This document shows positions 41,143 through 53,102 of a stretch of DNA of 64,000 nt, piece by piece (the stretch's first letter is position 1; each line of letters opens with the position of its first letter). Position numbers and translations under genes: made by a program. Origin of the DNA: Eledone cirrhosa (taxonomy: Eukaryota); NCBI GenBank assembly GCA_964016885.1, contig OZ024742.1, forward strand, positions 91,388,001 through 91,452,000. The letters are read 5' to 3'. A model generated the notes under the pieces. The model saw nothing but the letters and a program-made list of their open reading frames with translations. It made no database searches and was not told the DNA's origin.

Positions 41143-43134
41143 ACTATTATATCCACTTGCTGTTGATATGAACTGAAGCAGGATGACATCTCTGCTGCAA
41201 ACCTATTTTCAATATATTTTCTATCTCTTAATTGCTTTTCGCGACTCTGATATTGGCGTGTTTCTTCTCTATCACGCAACCGACATTTTTTTTCTTTTTA
41301 CTTACGGTGCTTTAATGCAAAGTCTACATTTTACATACAGCTTGCACTGCGGGACATTCCCTTCATCAGCTGTCGACAGAAAATCTAAAAAATATTGGCA
41401 TCTCGCTTCATCCAATTATGTCAAACGGCATTGATGCTACTAGGGAACTTCCGCGTTTTATGGTTCCAATCTGTAGCACATTTTTTTCTTCCGTTATTTA
41501 TTCCGCCGCCACAAGAATACGGAGGCTGTTGTAACCATGGCAATCCTGCAGGATTTATGCTAACTCCTTGTTGAGGGTTTGTTCTCTCCTCTCAGCATTC
41601 GTCATTCTATCATTCTTCTGTTATATACATAATGGTTTCTCATTTAGGCACAAGACCAACATTTTTTTTGGGGGGGGGAGGGAGGGGGGGAAAGTCGAGT
41701 AAATCGTCCTCCAGTGCGTTGCCGGCTCATTATTTTATAGACCCCGATGAAAGGCAAGGATGAAAAGCAAACCTATCATCGGCGGGATTTGGACTCATAA
41801 CGAAAAGGGACGTAACTCTATGTCACAAATATGTTGTCCGGCCCTCTCTGATACTGCCAATTCAAAGCCACTTCTGCTATATGTATAACGAAGCGTATTC
41901 TGCTTCCCTCTCTAGTTTTTGAATCATCTCTCTACTCTCCTTTCGAGAATTTTTATTGCAATATTCTGAATTATCTATTTTATGCGAATTGTATATTCAG
42001 AAAGTGATCTGCAGGGAAGTAAGGACAAATTGGTGACTACTTGTCTAAAACAAAAGATATACTTACTCCTGTTTCTGGGAATCCTTATTCCGAGCCATCA
42101 ATATTTGTATGCGACACAAAACTACCCATCATTGATCAGCTACCCTCACAACCGTTTGAGCATACACACTCACACGCGCGCACTTGAACGAATTGTAAAA
42201 TGATATTGAGAACAAATCCGTACAACAATAAAGATATTTAGACAATCTGTTATTTAGTCACACTTCAGGTCTGATCTTGGACTCCTTTGCTTAAAAACGC
42301 TTTTGTTGTGGCCATCTCATATTTTTCTATATCATGGACTAACTTGTTCAAAGTGTTTTTTTCTTTTAAATCCTTTTGATACCAAAGTGACACAGTCCAT
42401 CCATGATTCTACGATACAAAACTATATTTGTTGAAAACCTATCATAATTTTACGTAACATTTGCTAAGTTATATTCCAAACACCTATCTAACAATGAGGA
42501 AGTTAGGTTTATTACTCACTCTCGAAGTACTTGATTATTTAAAAAGATAATTACCAGATATTTCCATTAGAATTATTTTAAAGACAGTAGAGTGTGATTT
42601 GAGGGACATTTGCCTGCTATTTCGAGCGTATCGAACAAGCGAGTATCGACTTTCTCGTTTGTTCGGCATGCAACGCCAAAGAACTGTATCTAATTCTATG
42701 TAATATAGTTGTTACAATATGTCTGACATTTTCACCAATGTACTAGCCGTGTCCATCTCTTTTGATTGTCGCCATTTTTGCCTTTAATCTTTTCTCTTTA
42801 AATGGAAGGGACAAATGTTCAGTCATGCCAGACTATTCCACTGATTCACAAAGCAGACACGTCTTGTGTTGTTTTGTTTTCCTTTCTTATTAAATATTTT
42901 TATTCCTATTTTTGTTGTTTTGTTTTGTTTTGTTTTGTTTTGTTTCATGAGATCCCCCCCCCCCTTCACGAACTCCCCGTTAAACACTATTTGAATTACA
43001 TAGTCACACACCATCGGATAGTAAGTTTATTAAGCCACGTCCCCTCCAGATCACTACCTACAAATACCAATTTATATTCATTGCTAGTGTTGCTACTGCT
43101 CTCCTCCTCCTCCTCCTCCTGTTGCTACTACTAT

Positions 43135-43167
<33 letters not shown>

Positions 43168-43727
43168 ATAGGAAGTATGACGTCGCTTAGTTGCATAACC
43201 CACACTCCAGCCTCCCGTGGGAGTCGGTATCTTGCAGAACTATGTCATGATTATACGATGGAACGTCTAAGATGGAAGCACACACCCAGAGCACTAAATA
43301 AACCATACACCATCCCAGTTAAAATCCATAACACTCACTCAGACATGCAATGGCTTCTTGTTTCAGATGCAGTGTACCCAAATGAAGATAAATTTCAAAT
43401 TTACAGTTTGGCAAATTAAAAACGAACACTTCTTACTCTGCCCATACTGAGTAAGTTACTACATGGTGTATTTTATACTACACAGACAACACTCACCTAC
43501 GCCATATCATTTTACAGATTATAACATCATACGATCCTCTCCACTGCTTTGGAAATTTCTACAACACCGTCATGCAGCAATATTTAGTGATGTATTTATT
43601 GATCGCAGAAAGTTATTATATACTAGACCACCCGTTGGGTCACGCTCACTTAAAAATAATTTTTAAATAATTAAAATATACACAGACATGTATATATATA
43701 TATATATATATGTTTTTGTGTGTTTGT

Positions 43728-43763
<36 letters not shown>

Positions 43764-43896
43764 CACACACACATGTATATATATCTGTGTGTGAATATAT
43801 AAATATATATATTCACACACACACATATACACATACACACACTTAGAAACCCTATCTTTGAAGTCACCGGTTCTAATTTCATTCAACAACATCATC

Positions 43897-44023
<127 letters not shown>

Positions 44024-44089
44024 TTCAATCTACTCTCTCACAACCACTATCTCTTTGGCTCTATACTTCTCTCTCTCTCTCTGTTTATG

Positions 44090-44484
44090 AAGTTACCCGG
44101 AAAAAACCCATATCTCGGAAATCCGTGCTCTGAGTGAAACAGATCTCCCCTTCAATGTTAGCAGACGGCAGTTGCCTGTGATACCTTCTTTTTCCATGAC
44201 CATAACCGAATCGCTAGGATAGAGCTTCGAAAAAGTTGGTATTTACTTGCTCCCGATTTAGTCACGGACAGCTTTATGTGTATTTAAGGCGTAAGAGAAG
44301 GAAGGAAAAGTCAAAAATTATTTTGACAGAAACAAGCAGTCAAGACATGTTAGTTGCGGATATATTTTTTTTCAGAAAACACTTTGTAATAAAAAATTAT
44401 TAAACAAAAAATTTGGTTTTGTACACTTTTTATACATGCCATGCTACAATTAACTGTAATTTTTTACGGCAAGGGGCCATCTAG
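44090..44484 (+). mobile_element. Helitron 3' relic (PIF1-like helicase motifs V/VI)
   Basis: SETDLPFNVSRRQLPVIPSFSMTITESLG*SFEKVGIYL..FSHGQLYV matches RRQFPxxxAFAMTINKSQGQT...FSHGQLYVALSR; short GC hairpin and CTAG at 44481-84. Confidence 0.8.
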
Positions 44485-44661
44485 CACATGTAGGATTACC
44501 GTCGGTAAGGTCCATTAACTAGTACTGTCGGTAAAAACTGTTGCAATCTCAACAGTTTTGTCACTTATGTCTGCCTTCACTGAATCGTTCACATTTGTAA
44601 TCTGTAAAACCTGTCGAATACACTAAGCGCTTCTGCTTTTCAGACTAATTTCCTTCTTATA

Positions 44662-44702
<41 letters not shown>

Positions 44703-44899
44703 ATACTTGGGGAGGGTCATATTTGTGTAATATTGCCAGAATTAATAACAGAACACACTCACTGTTTGGTTGGTTTTCGCTTTTCGCTTCTGTGTCTTTT
44801 ATATCGGTAATCTAATTTATTCGGTCCTCAATGTTGCCATTGACTGACCAACGGTAATAAATAATATAGATACAATATAGACACAAACACATATATATA

Positions 44900-45564
44900 G
44901 TTTATCAAAGTTCTTTCGTTGCACATCTGCAACATCGTCAGTAGTGCTATTGTTTCCTCCCGTTACATTGTATTTCTACGCCATCTTTATTTAGTCTGTT
45001 TATATATTTATTTATTTATTTGTTTGTTTGTTTATTTTATTTTGTCTTCTTTGCGCATGCGTTTGCGTGTGTGTATAGTGTTTTGTTTGATGTGTGTTCG
45101 TGACTGGGTGACTGTGTATTGGTTAATGTATTCTATGTTTACTAGTGTGTGTTTATATGTGTTTGTTGTTATTGTGCTTGTGTATGTATTTATTTATTTA
45201 TTTATTTATCTATTTATTTATATATTTATACTTCTCTTAGGTCAGTGTTGTTTGTTTGGGTGTTGTTGTTATTCCATTCATTCTTTCTGTTTAGTCTTGG
45301 CCTTCTCAGTTCTATTTCACTGGCCTCGCTGATTTGCCTATCTGCTGGGTCATTTCTATGTTTAGATATTATTCTAATTTCTATGTTGTCTATGTTACCG
45401 TCGTGTTGTTGTCTGGCATGTTCGTATAGTACTGATCCGTTTTTTCGTCCTTTTAGTTCCCCCCAGTGTTGGTCTATCCTTTCACCTATGCTACGAGCTG
45501 TCTCGCCTATGTATGTTGTTGTCATGTTTCTGCAAGTACCCTCTGTACATCGTATGCTATATAT
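44900..45564 (-). mobile_element. 5'-truncated Penelope-like element: GIY-YIG endonuclease plus 3' region with hammerhead-like core
   Basis: Open frame IYSIRCTEGTCRNMTTTYIGETARSIGERIDQH...SVLYEH...RQISEASEI..RPRLNRKNEW (45564-45226) with CCHH residues; downstream CTGACGA t gttgca-gatg-tgcaac GAAA at 44941-44914; (TA)n at the 5' junction. Confidence 0.85.
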
Positions 45565-45577
45565 ATATGTACATATA

Positions 45578-45661
<84 letters not shown>

Positions 45662-45857
45662 TTGTTTCTACGTTAGGCAGAAGGCCAGCAATTACCCAGT
45701 GTATTACTGGTACATTATTTTTATCGACCCCGTAAGGATGAAAGGCAAAGTTAACCTCGGCGGGATTTGAACTCAGAATGGCAAGGGCCGTAACTCTATG
45801 CGTCAAAGCATGACGTCCGACCCTCTACCGATACTGCCAATCCACCGCCCTTTGATC

Positions 45858-46106
45858 TATTGAAAGGATTACAAGGACGATTGGTTGTTCCTTCATTACA
45901 TTTATTGGTAGGTGACTCGCGTTTCGCCACTGATCAGCTCAAGGTTCGATCTGTATCGATCTTACCCGACTCAATAACCGACAGCTCGACGGACCCTTTA
46001 AAATACCATACAGATCGAACCTTGAGTTAATCAGTGGCGAAACGCGCGTCACCTACCAGTAAATGTAATGAAGGAGTAACAAATCGTCTTTGTTATCCTT
46101 TCAATA
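45858..46106. mobile_element. Fold-back element with hammerhead 3' half
   Basis: Arms 45858-45956 / 46008-46106; GAAA cgcgcg TC at 46039-46050 (palindromic stem III); CUGANGA half absent. Confidence 0.7.
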
Positions 46107-46217
46107 TATTACACTCTGTATAGCTCTACACCTCAACACAGAAGTGAACCTAAACATCGAGTGCTCTCCCGGGTGAACATGCAGTAACTCCAAGTTACAC
46201 TCCCTAGATATATATAT

Positions 46218-46317
<100 letters not shown>

Positions 46318-46363
46318 ATATGCATTTATCTATATGTATATGCATGTATATATTCACACACAT

Positions 46364-46402
<39 letters not shown>

Positions 46403-47030
46403 TATACATATATATATATATATATAACAGACGCTATATTATACAACAGATATAAGTATAAACCAGCGAGAACGCGCTTCACGTTGACATGAAATCTGAA
46501 ACCCCTGTCACATTTCTGGTACATTCCAATTAGAGAAATGGCTTTCAGTGCAGTCGACTTAACTGTGATACGGATACTTACTTACGAACACGCGCGTGCG
46601 CTTATGTATACACTGTGTGTGAACCCATAACTCCTGGTGGAGTCGTAGGGGCGCCGTGTTGTCATACGGTGTGTCTTGGGCATTTTGAATCTAGCAGAGC
46701 TCAATCATCTACAGATCTGAACAGCCACGAGAGGGGGGGGGGGATGCGTTGGGGACAGAAGGGCGAGGAGGAGAAATAGATATATAGAAAGAATCGAATT
46801 CAATACTGGACTGGCACTTTATTTATCGACCCGGAAAGAAGGGCAGGCACAAAGACAATCTCAGCGGGATTTGATCTCAGAGTGTAGAGAGGTGAAATGA
46901 ATACCGTGAAGCATACTCTCTAACGTTGTAACGACCCTGTCATCTCACTGCCTTAAACATGCACATTCACACATGACTCACACATCCATACACACACACA
47001 CGCACACGCACGCACACACACACACACACA

Positions 47031-47064
<34 letters not shown>

Positions 47065-47139
47065 TATATATATATATATATATATACAAACATACATACA
47101 TATATATATATCCAGGGCCTTTTTATATCTTTTGAGATC

Positions 47140-47870
47140 AGGGATTTGCAGCCTTCCATCCTTACCGGGTCGATTAAATAAAGTACCAGAAACTCACCGG
47201 GTCGGTTTAATCAACTTAGCCCACTCCAAAAATTTGTTGAACTTGTGCCTAAATCAGAAACCATTATTATAGAGTTAAGACCCTTTACGGACTGAGTTCA
47301 AATCCCGCCGAGGTTAATTTTGTCTTTCATTCTTACGGGGTCGATAACACAAACTACAAGTAATGTACTGGATAATTGCTGGCCTTGTACCAAAAGTAGA
47401 AACAATTATTATTATAATTATAATGTGGTGGATTGGCAGCATCAGTAGAACGTCTGACAACATGCTTTGTGTCATCTAGCTAAGTCCCTTTACGTTCTGA
47501 GTTAAAATCCCGTCGAGGTTAGCTTTGCCTTTCAGCTTACGAGTCGATAAAATAAAGTAGCAGTAACACACTGGGGTCGATTTAATCGACATCCCCCCCC
47601 CCCCCCCCCAAAAAAAAAATTGTTGGCCTTGTGCCTAAATCAGAAATCATTATTACAGTGTTAAGCGGTGGATTGGCAGTATTGGTAGAGTGTCGGATGC
47701 CATGCTTTGGCGCATAGAGTTACGGCCCTTGCCATTCTGAGTTCAAATCCCGCCGAGGTTAACTTTGCCTTTCATCCTTACGGGGTCGATAAAATAAAGT
47801 ACCAGTAATACACTGGTTAATTGCTGGCCTTGTGCCTAACGTAGAAACAATTATTACAGTGTTAAGCGGT
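47140..47870 (+). mobile_element. Four head-to-tail family A SINEs; the last has a 21-bp target-site duplication
   Basis: attattacagtgttaagcggt at 47649-47669 and 47850-47870. Confidence 0.85.
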
Positions 47871-48610
47871 TTAACTTTTATATTTCATTTCATTGTCTCC
47901 TGTCTTTTGATTCACACGACATCTAGAATCTTATCGGAGTAGATGCATTCAACCACATCTACTTACAAACTTCTATCAACTTCCCCGCCTTCTCACAACG
48001 CTGATCGATAATCAATACTATCATCAACCCAGCCATCACTTACAATAATATCCTTACACATTTATGGCTAAAAGAACTATATAAATATTCATCAAGGACT
48101 AATACCCACCTTGTGGTGGAATTGGTTATTGCGTTGGATGATGATGGTGGTGGTATCGGCGATAGTGCCGTGCGGGGTATTGCAGGTTAGTGGGGATGCA
48201 TTGTATGTTAGTAGTAGTGATTGAGGCAGGGGTGGTGGTGGTGATGGTGGTGTGTTGAACGTTAGTAGTGTTGGTGGTGGTGTGTTGCGGTATGGGTTTG
48301 CTTTGATCCTTTTGGTAATGTGCTTACTAAGAATCACAGGGACGTAATTACCTCCAGCACACGTCCAATTTCGACCTACCACCATCATCAGCACCACCAT
48401 CACAAACACCACCTTTACTCTCACTACCACGACCTACCACTACACTAATACTCTTCCATCATCATCACCACTTTCATCATCATCATCATCGTTGTTATCA
48501 TCATCATCTCTATATTTTTCCCATAAGTCATTCGTCTCTTACCTCGTACTTACCGGTCTATGTGCAAAATCATATGCGTTTGTATGTTAGGATCAGCACA
48601 CACATCACGC

Positions 48611-48652
<42 letters not shown>

Positions 48653-48667
48653 ATATATATATATATG

Positions 48668-48756
<89 letters not shown>

Positions 48757-48967
48757 CATACATAGATAAATACTCATATACACATACAGACACACACACA
48801 CAGAAACGTAAACACGTGTATATCTATAAATACACACACAAACAGACACACACAGACAGACACATATACATACATATATAGATAACTGTACATACATACA
48901 TACACACACATATATACATTCACACACACATATATATGTGTGTGTGTAGTTATCTATCTATCTATCT

Positions 48968-50262
48968 CGAACACTTTTATAGCGTCCGCCATCTACTACC
49001 GCTTGACCGTCGTGCCTTGTCCAGCCAAAACGCTCACCAAAATGGAGCGCGCGCTCTTCCGATTCCTTTGGAAGAGGCGGGCTCCTTTGGTGAGAAGATC
49101 CATCTGCTGCCAACACCCTTCTAACGGAGGGCTGGGGATGCCGTGGTTGACGATGCGCAAACACGCGCTCAGGCTGCGGCATCTCTACGTATTCCTCACC
49201 GGACAACCGGTGTGGGCCCCGTTCGTGAGGCGAGCCTTCCCACGACTCGTCTCGCTGACCGAGCTGCAGTCCTGGGTCAAGCAGAGACCGAGGAAAATGG
49301 GCGACTGGCACATCGAATGTGCTCAGGCGCTCACAGCCCTCTGGCAGGCGGACCCGGAGATCAGTGGAGACTCCACTTCGTCATTCTATAGAGGGTTGGT
49401 CCGCAGCAAGTGCGACGACGCGCTCGGTGAAACTCTAGGCGTAGAGGAAGATGAACTGGCCAGTCTGTTCGGTAGGACCTTCCGCCCGGTACCGATGGAC
49501 AACTTCCAAAAGTCCCTGGCCTGGCAGTGCTACCGAGGAGCTCTACCAGTTCGAGACAAGCTCTACAGACATGGGCGCCCGGGCAGGGACCCTGCAAAAA
49601 AGATCTGTCCGAGGTGCGTGCGAGACGAAGAAACCGTCGCGCACGCATTCATACACTGCCCGGCCGTCACTGACCTGTGGGGCTATGTAGAACGACTATT
49701 GTCGCGGGTGGGACCAATCCAGTTGACCACCGAGTCCATTGTCATGATCAAACCGCCACCCTCCTTCAAAAACGAAGGAGAGGCGGTTTTCCTTTGTGTG
49801 ATAGCTATGGCGAAAGAGGTTGTATGGTGGACAAGGTTGAAAGGGCTGAGGTCAGACATCTTTCTCTCCGGCCAACAACTGATTCTTTTTTTCAAATACC
49901 ACTTTGGAAGAAGAATCAGGATGGAGAGAGAGGTGCTGTACCCCAGCAAGTTTTATGAAAGGTGGGTGAAAGTGGCGAGAATGGCCCGAGTGAATGGGCC
50001 TTCTCTCTATATCAGCCTGTAGGTTGAGGAAAAGGAGGAGGAGAGGAAAGGAGTACAAGCTCTTCGTACTCCTGGAGATGAGGGTTGCACATTTTTTTTC
50101 GGGGGTATGTGTTACTCATATAAACTGTCTCCCTCTATTGGGGAAAATCGACTAACTTTTAAATTCCATCTGTGATAACATTTTACACGTTTTTATTGTA
50201 TGTAAACTTCCCCCTTTGTATTTGTCCCCTTCTTTTGTGCCCCTGTGGCTAATAAAGAAATA
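48968..50262 (+). mobile_element. 5'-truncated L1/Tx1-clade LINE with uninterrupted ORF2 C-terminus (to 50022) and 3' UTR
   Basis: About 350 open codons: FLW...GGLG, zf-RVT type CPRC..DEETVAHAFIHCP; GC-rich relative to flanks; AATAAA near 50251; microsatellite flanks. Confidence 0.9.
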
Positions 50263-50779
50263 TATCTATATACATACATACATACATAGATACTACACAC
50301 ACACACACACACGCACATGTATATTTATCATTGTTTTCTGATGTTAATAAGAATGCCAACCATTATTATCAATATGGCGGTGGATTGGCAGTATCGGTAA
50401 GGGTCGGACGCCATGCTTTGAAGCATAGAGTTACCTTCCTTTATGATCTGAGTTCAAATCCCGCCGAGGTTAACTTTGCCTTTCATTTTTACGGGGTCGA
50501 TAAAATAAAGTGCCAGTAATGCACTGGGGTAATTGCTGGCCTTGTGCCAAAAGTAGAAACAATTATTTTCAATAGGTGATTTAACAGAACATTGGTCATC
50601 AAGCGAGAAAATACGATAAAGTTTCTATCTGTGGAAAAGGGGGAGATGGTCGAATAATGTGGTGGATAATTTCTGTTGCTTTAAATCATGCATTAAACGG
50701 CACATTTGAACATGCATATATATGTGTGTGTATGTAGGTATACGTTTGAGCTCCGTCAAATCCGACAATGAGTGTCCAA

Positions 50780-50990
50780 GTTAATGTGATCAACAGAACA
50801 GAATGCACGCGAAATTAACGTAGAATAGGCCGAGCATTCTATATACACGATAGCCCTTAATATAGTTCTCAAGGTGATTCAATGTAATATTGTGTGTGAC
50901 GAGGCCGGTCTTTTGAATTACAGGTAACCACTCATTTGCCAGTTCAATGGACTGGAAGAACGTCAAATAAAGTATCTTGCTTAAGTACAC
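50780..50990 (-). mobile_element. Second SINE-like family (B)
   Basis: gaaattaacgt...gagcattc...gtagttctc...gattca...gtgtgac; related copies at about 29770-30060, 53740-53870, 56450-56900, 58960-59105, 59300-59740 and 61130-61340. Confidence 0.6.
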
Positions 50991-51611
50991 CTGACTCGAT
51001 GTTAGTATAATTATTTCTACTTTTGGTACAAGGCCAGCAATTAACCCAGTACATTACTGGTACTTTATTTTATCGACCCCGTAAAGATGAAAGGCAAAAT
51101 GAACCTCGGCGGGATTTGAACTCAAACCGTAAAGGGGCGTAACTCTATGCTGCAAAGCATGGCGTCCGACCCTCTACTGAAAATGTCAATCCAGGCACAA
51201 GGTCAACAATTTGTTTCTTTTTTTTGTGTGTGTGTGTGTGTGGGTGGGCAATTAAATCGATTCCAGAACATTACTGGTACTTTACTTTATCAACCCCGTA
51301 AGGATGAAAGGTAAAGCTAACCTCGGCGGGATTTAACCTCAGGACGTAATATAATAATGAAAATATCTGCGGACAATTGATGAGGAACCTGCAGAATATT
51401 TACCCATATTAGACCTTCACTATTGGAGCAAAGGGATATATACATACTCACCCGGACCAATGTTATGTAAACAGAACTCGGAAATCGAAACCAAATAGTC
51501 TGAGGCTATCTACAACAGATAAACTGTACAAAAACCATGTATGTATGTATGTATGTATGTATGTATGTATGTATGTATGTATGTATGTATGTATGTATGT
51601 ATGTATGTATG

Positions 51612-52076
51612 TGTTGGGAGAATGTTGCTGCTGATCGTAATAAATGGAGAAAGACTGTATATGAGGGAAAAGTTGCCTTTGAGGCATCTCGAATCGCATA
51701 CGAGAAAGTAAAGCGGGATGTGAGGAAGGGCATTGCTGTTGCACTTCCAGACGGAGAGGGTCCTCCTATGGTGCTGACATGCAGCGTCTGTGCGAGACTC
51801 TGCCTAAGCAAAGCTGGACTCGAAAGTCATCTTCGCAGTCATAAAGTAAGACCAGTGGTTGACTACCAGGCTGCGGTTGGAGATGCTACTCATCATGCTT
51901 GCCAAGCATGTGGTAGAGAATGTAAATCAGCAGGAGGGCTCAAGCGACATTCAAAAGTACACGAACTCCAACCACAGCCGACTATTCGCAGTGAATGTTT
52001 TGGTTGCCGACTCTGTGCAAGACATTTTAGATCATTGGCTGGGCTAAAAAGCCACGTTCGATCGCAGCACTGTTAG
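51612..52076 (+). mobile_element. RTE-clade LINE ORF C-terminus with three C2H2 fingers
   Basis: WENVAADRNKWR motif, then CSVC..SKAGLESHLRSH, CQAC..SAGGLKRHSKVH and CRLC..SLAGLKSHVRSQH; 5'-truncated at (TATG)n; matching 3' tail at about 52440-52477. Confidence 0.85.
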
Positions 52077-52185
52077 TTGCTATCGTGTGTGTGTGTAGAT
52101 ATGCTTATGTGCGTGCGTGTGTGTGTATATATATATATATGAATATGTATATCATTATTGTTGTTGTCGTTATTATTATTATTGC

Positions 52186-52255
<70 letters not shown>

Positions 52256-52772
52256 ATATAAAACCTGCGGCTCAGTAGTTACCGATGATGTTGATCTTTT
52301 CTTCTTTTCAGGTTATAGCTACTGTCGCTCAGAGAGTGGGATTGGCTCAGTGCAGAGTCTTTCCTCAATTTAAAAAATATCTTCACGCACAGGCATTGCA
52401 CAATAGAATTAATTTATAATTATTAATAATGGTATATCATGCAATGGCCATACTCGATAACGAGGGGGCAACCATCATGTATGTATGTATGTATGTATGT
52501 ATGTATGTATGTATGTATGTATGTATGTATGTATATGTATGTATGTATGTATGTATGTTTGATGCACACCCACACCAGCAAACACCTGCGCTCATACAGA
52601 CGGAAGGGTAATGGCTTTGAATCTTTGAAAATGCTTAGGACGAAAATGACGTACTTGGTTTAGTTTCCCCGGTACGAGCTATTTGAACCACTGCATGCGT
52701 ACCGTGCAACCGGACGGAAGTCCAAGCGGACCGAAAATTCTGTTAATTAGATAACATAATAACATACCCCCC

Positions 52773-52953
<181 letters not shown>

Positions 52954-53020
52954 ACCTTCTTCCTGGTATCTCAAGCGATAAACTAATATATTTCTTTCAT
53001 ATACTGTACCAGTTGTGTTG

Positions 53021-53102
<82 letters not shown>

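Noticed and set aside
43367-43450. Plus-strand exon candidate (tttcag|...|gtaagt)
   Set aside because: The ATG frame ends in TGA at the donor, there is no homology evidence, and no supporting plus-strand exons were found.
47665-47760. tRNA gene
   Set aside because: The A and B boxes belong to the SINE head; there is no cloverleaf and the sequence continues into the SINE core.
48958-50058. Overlapping alternative-frame and antisense ORFs
   Set aside because: They are by-products of the GC-rich Tx1 ORF2.
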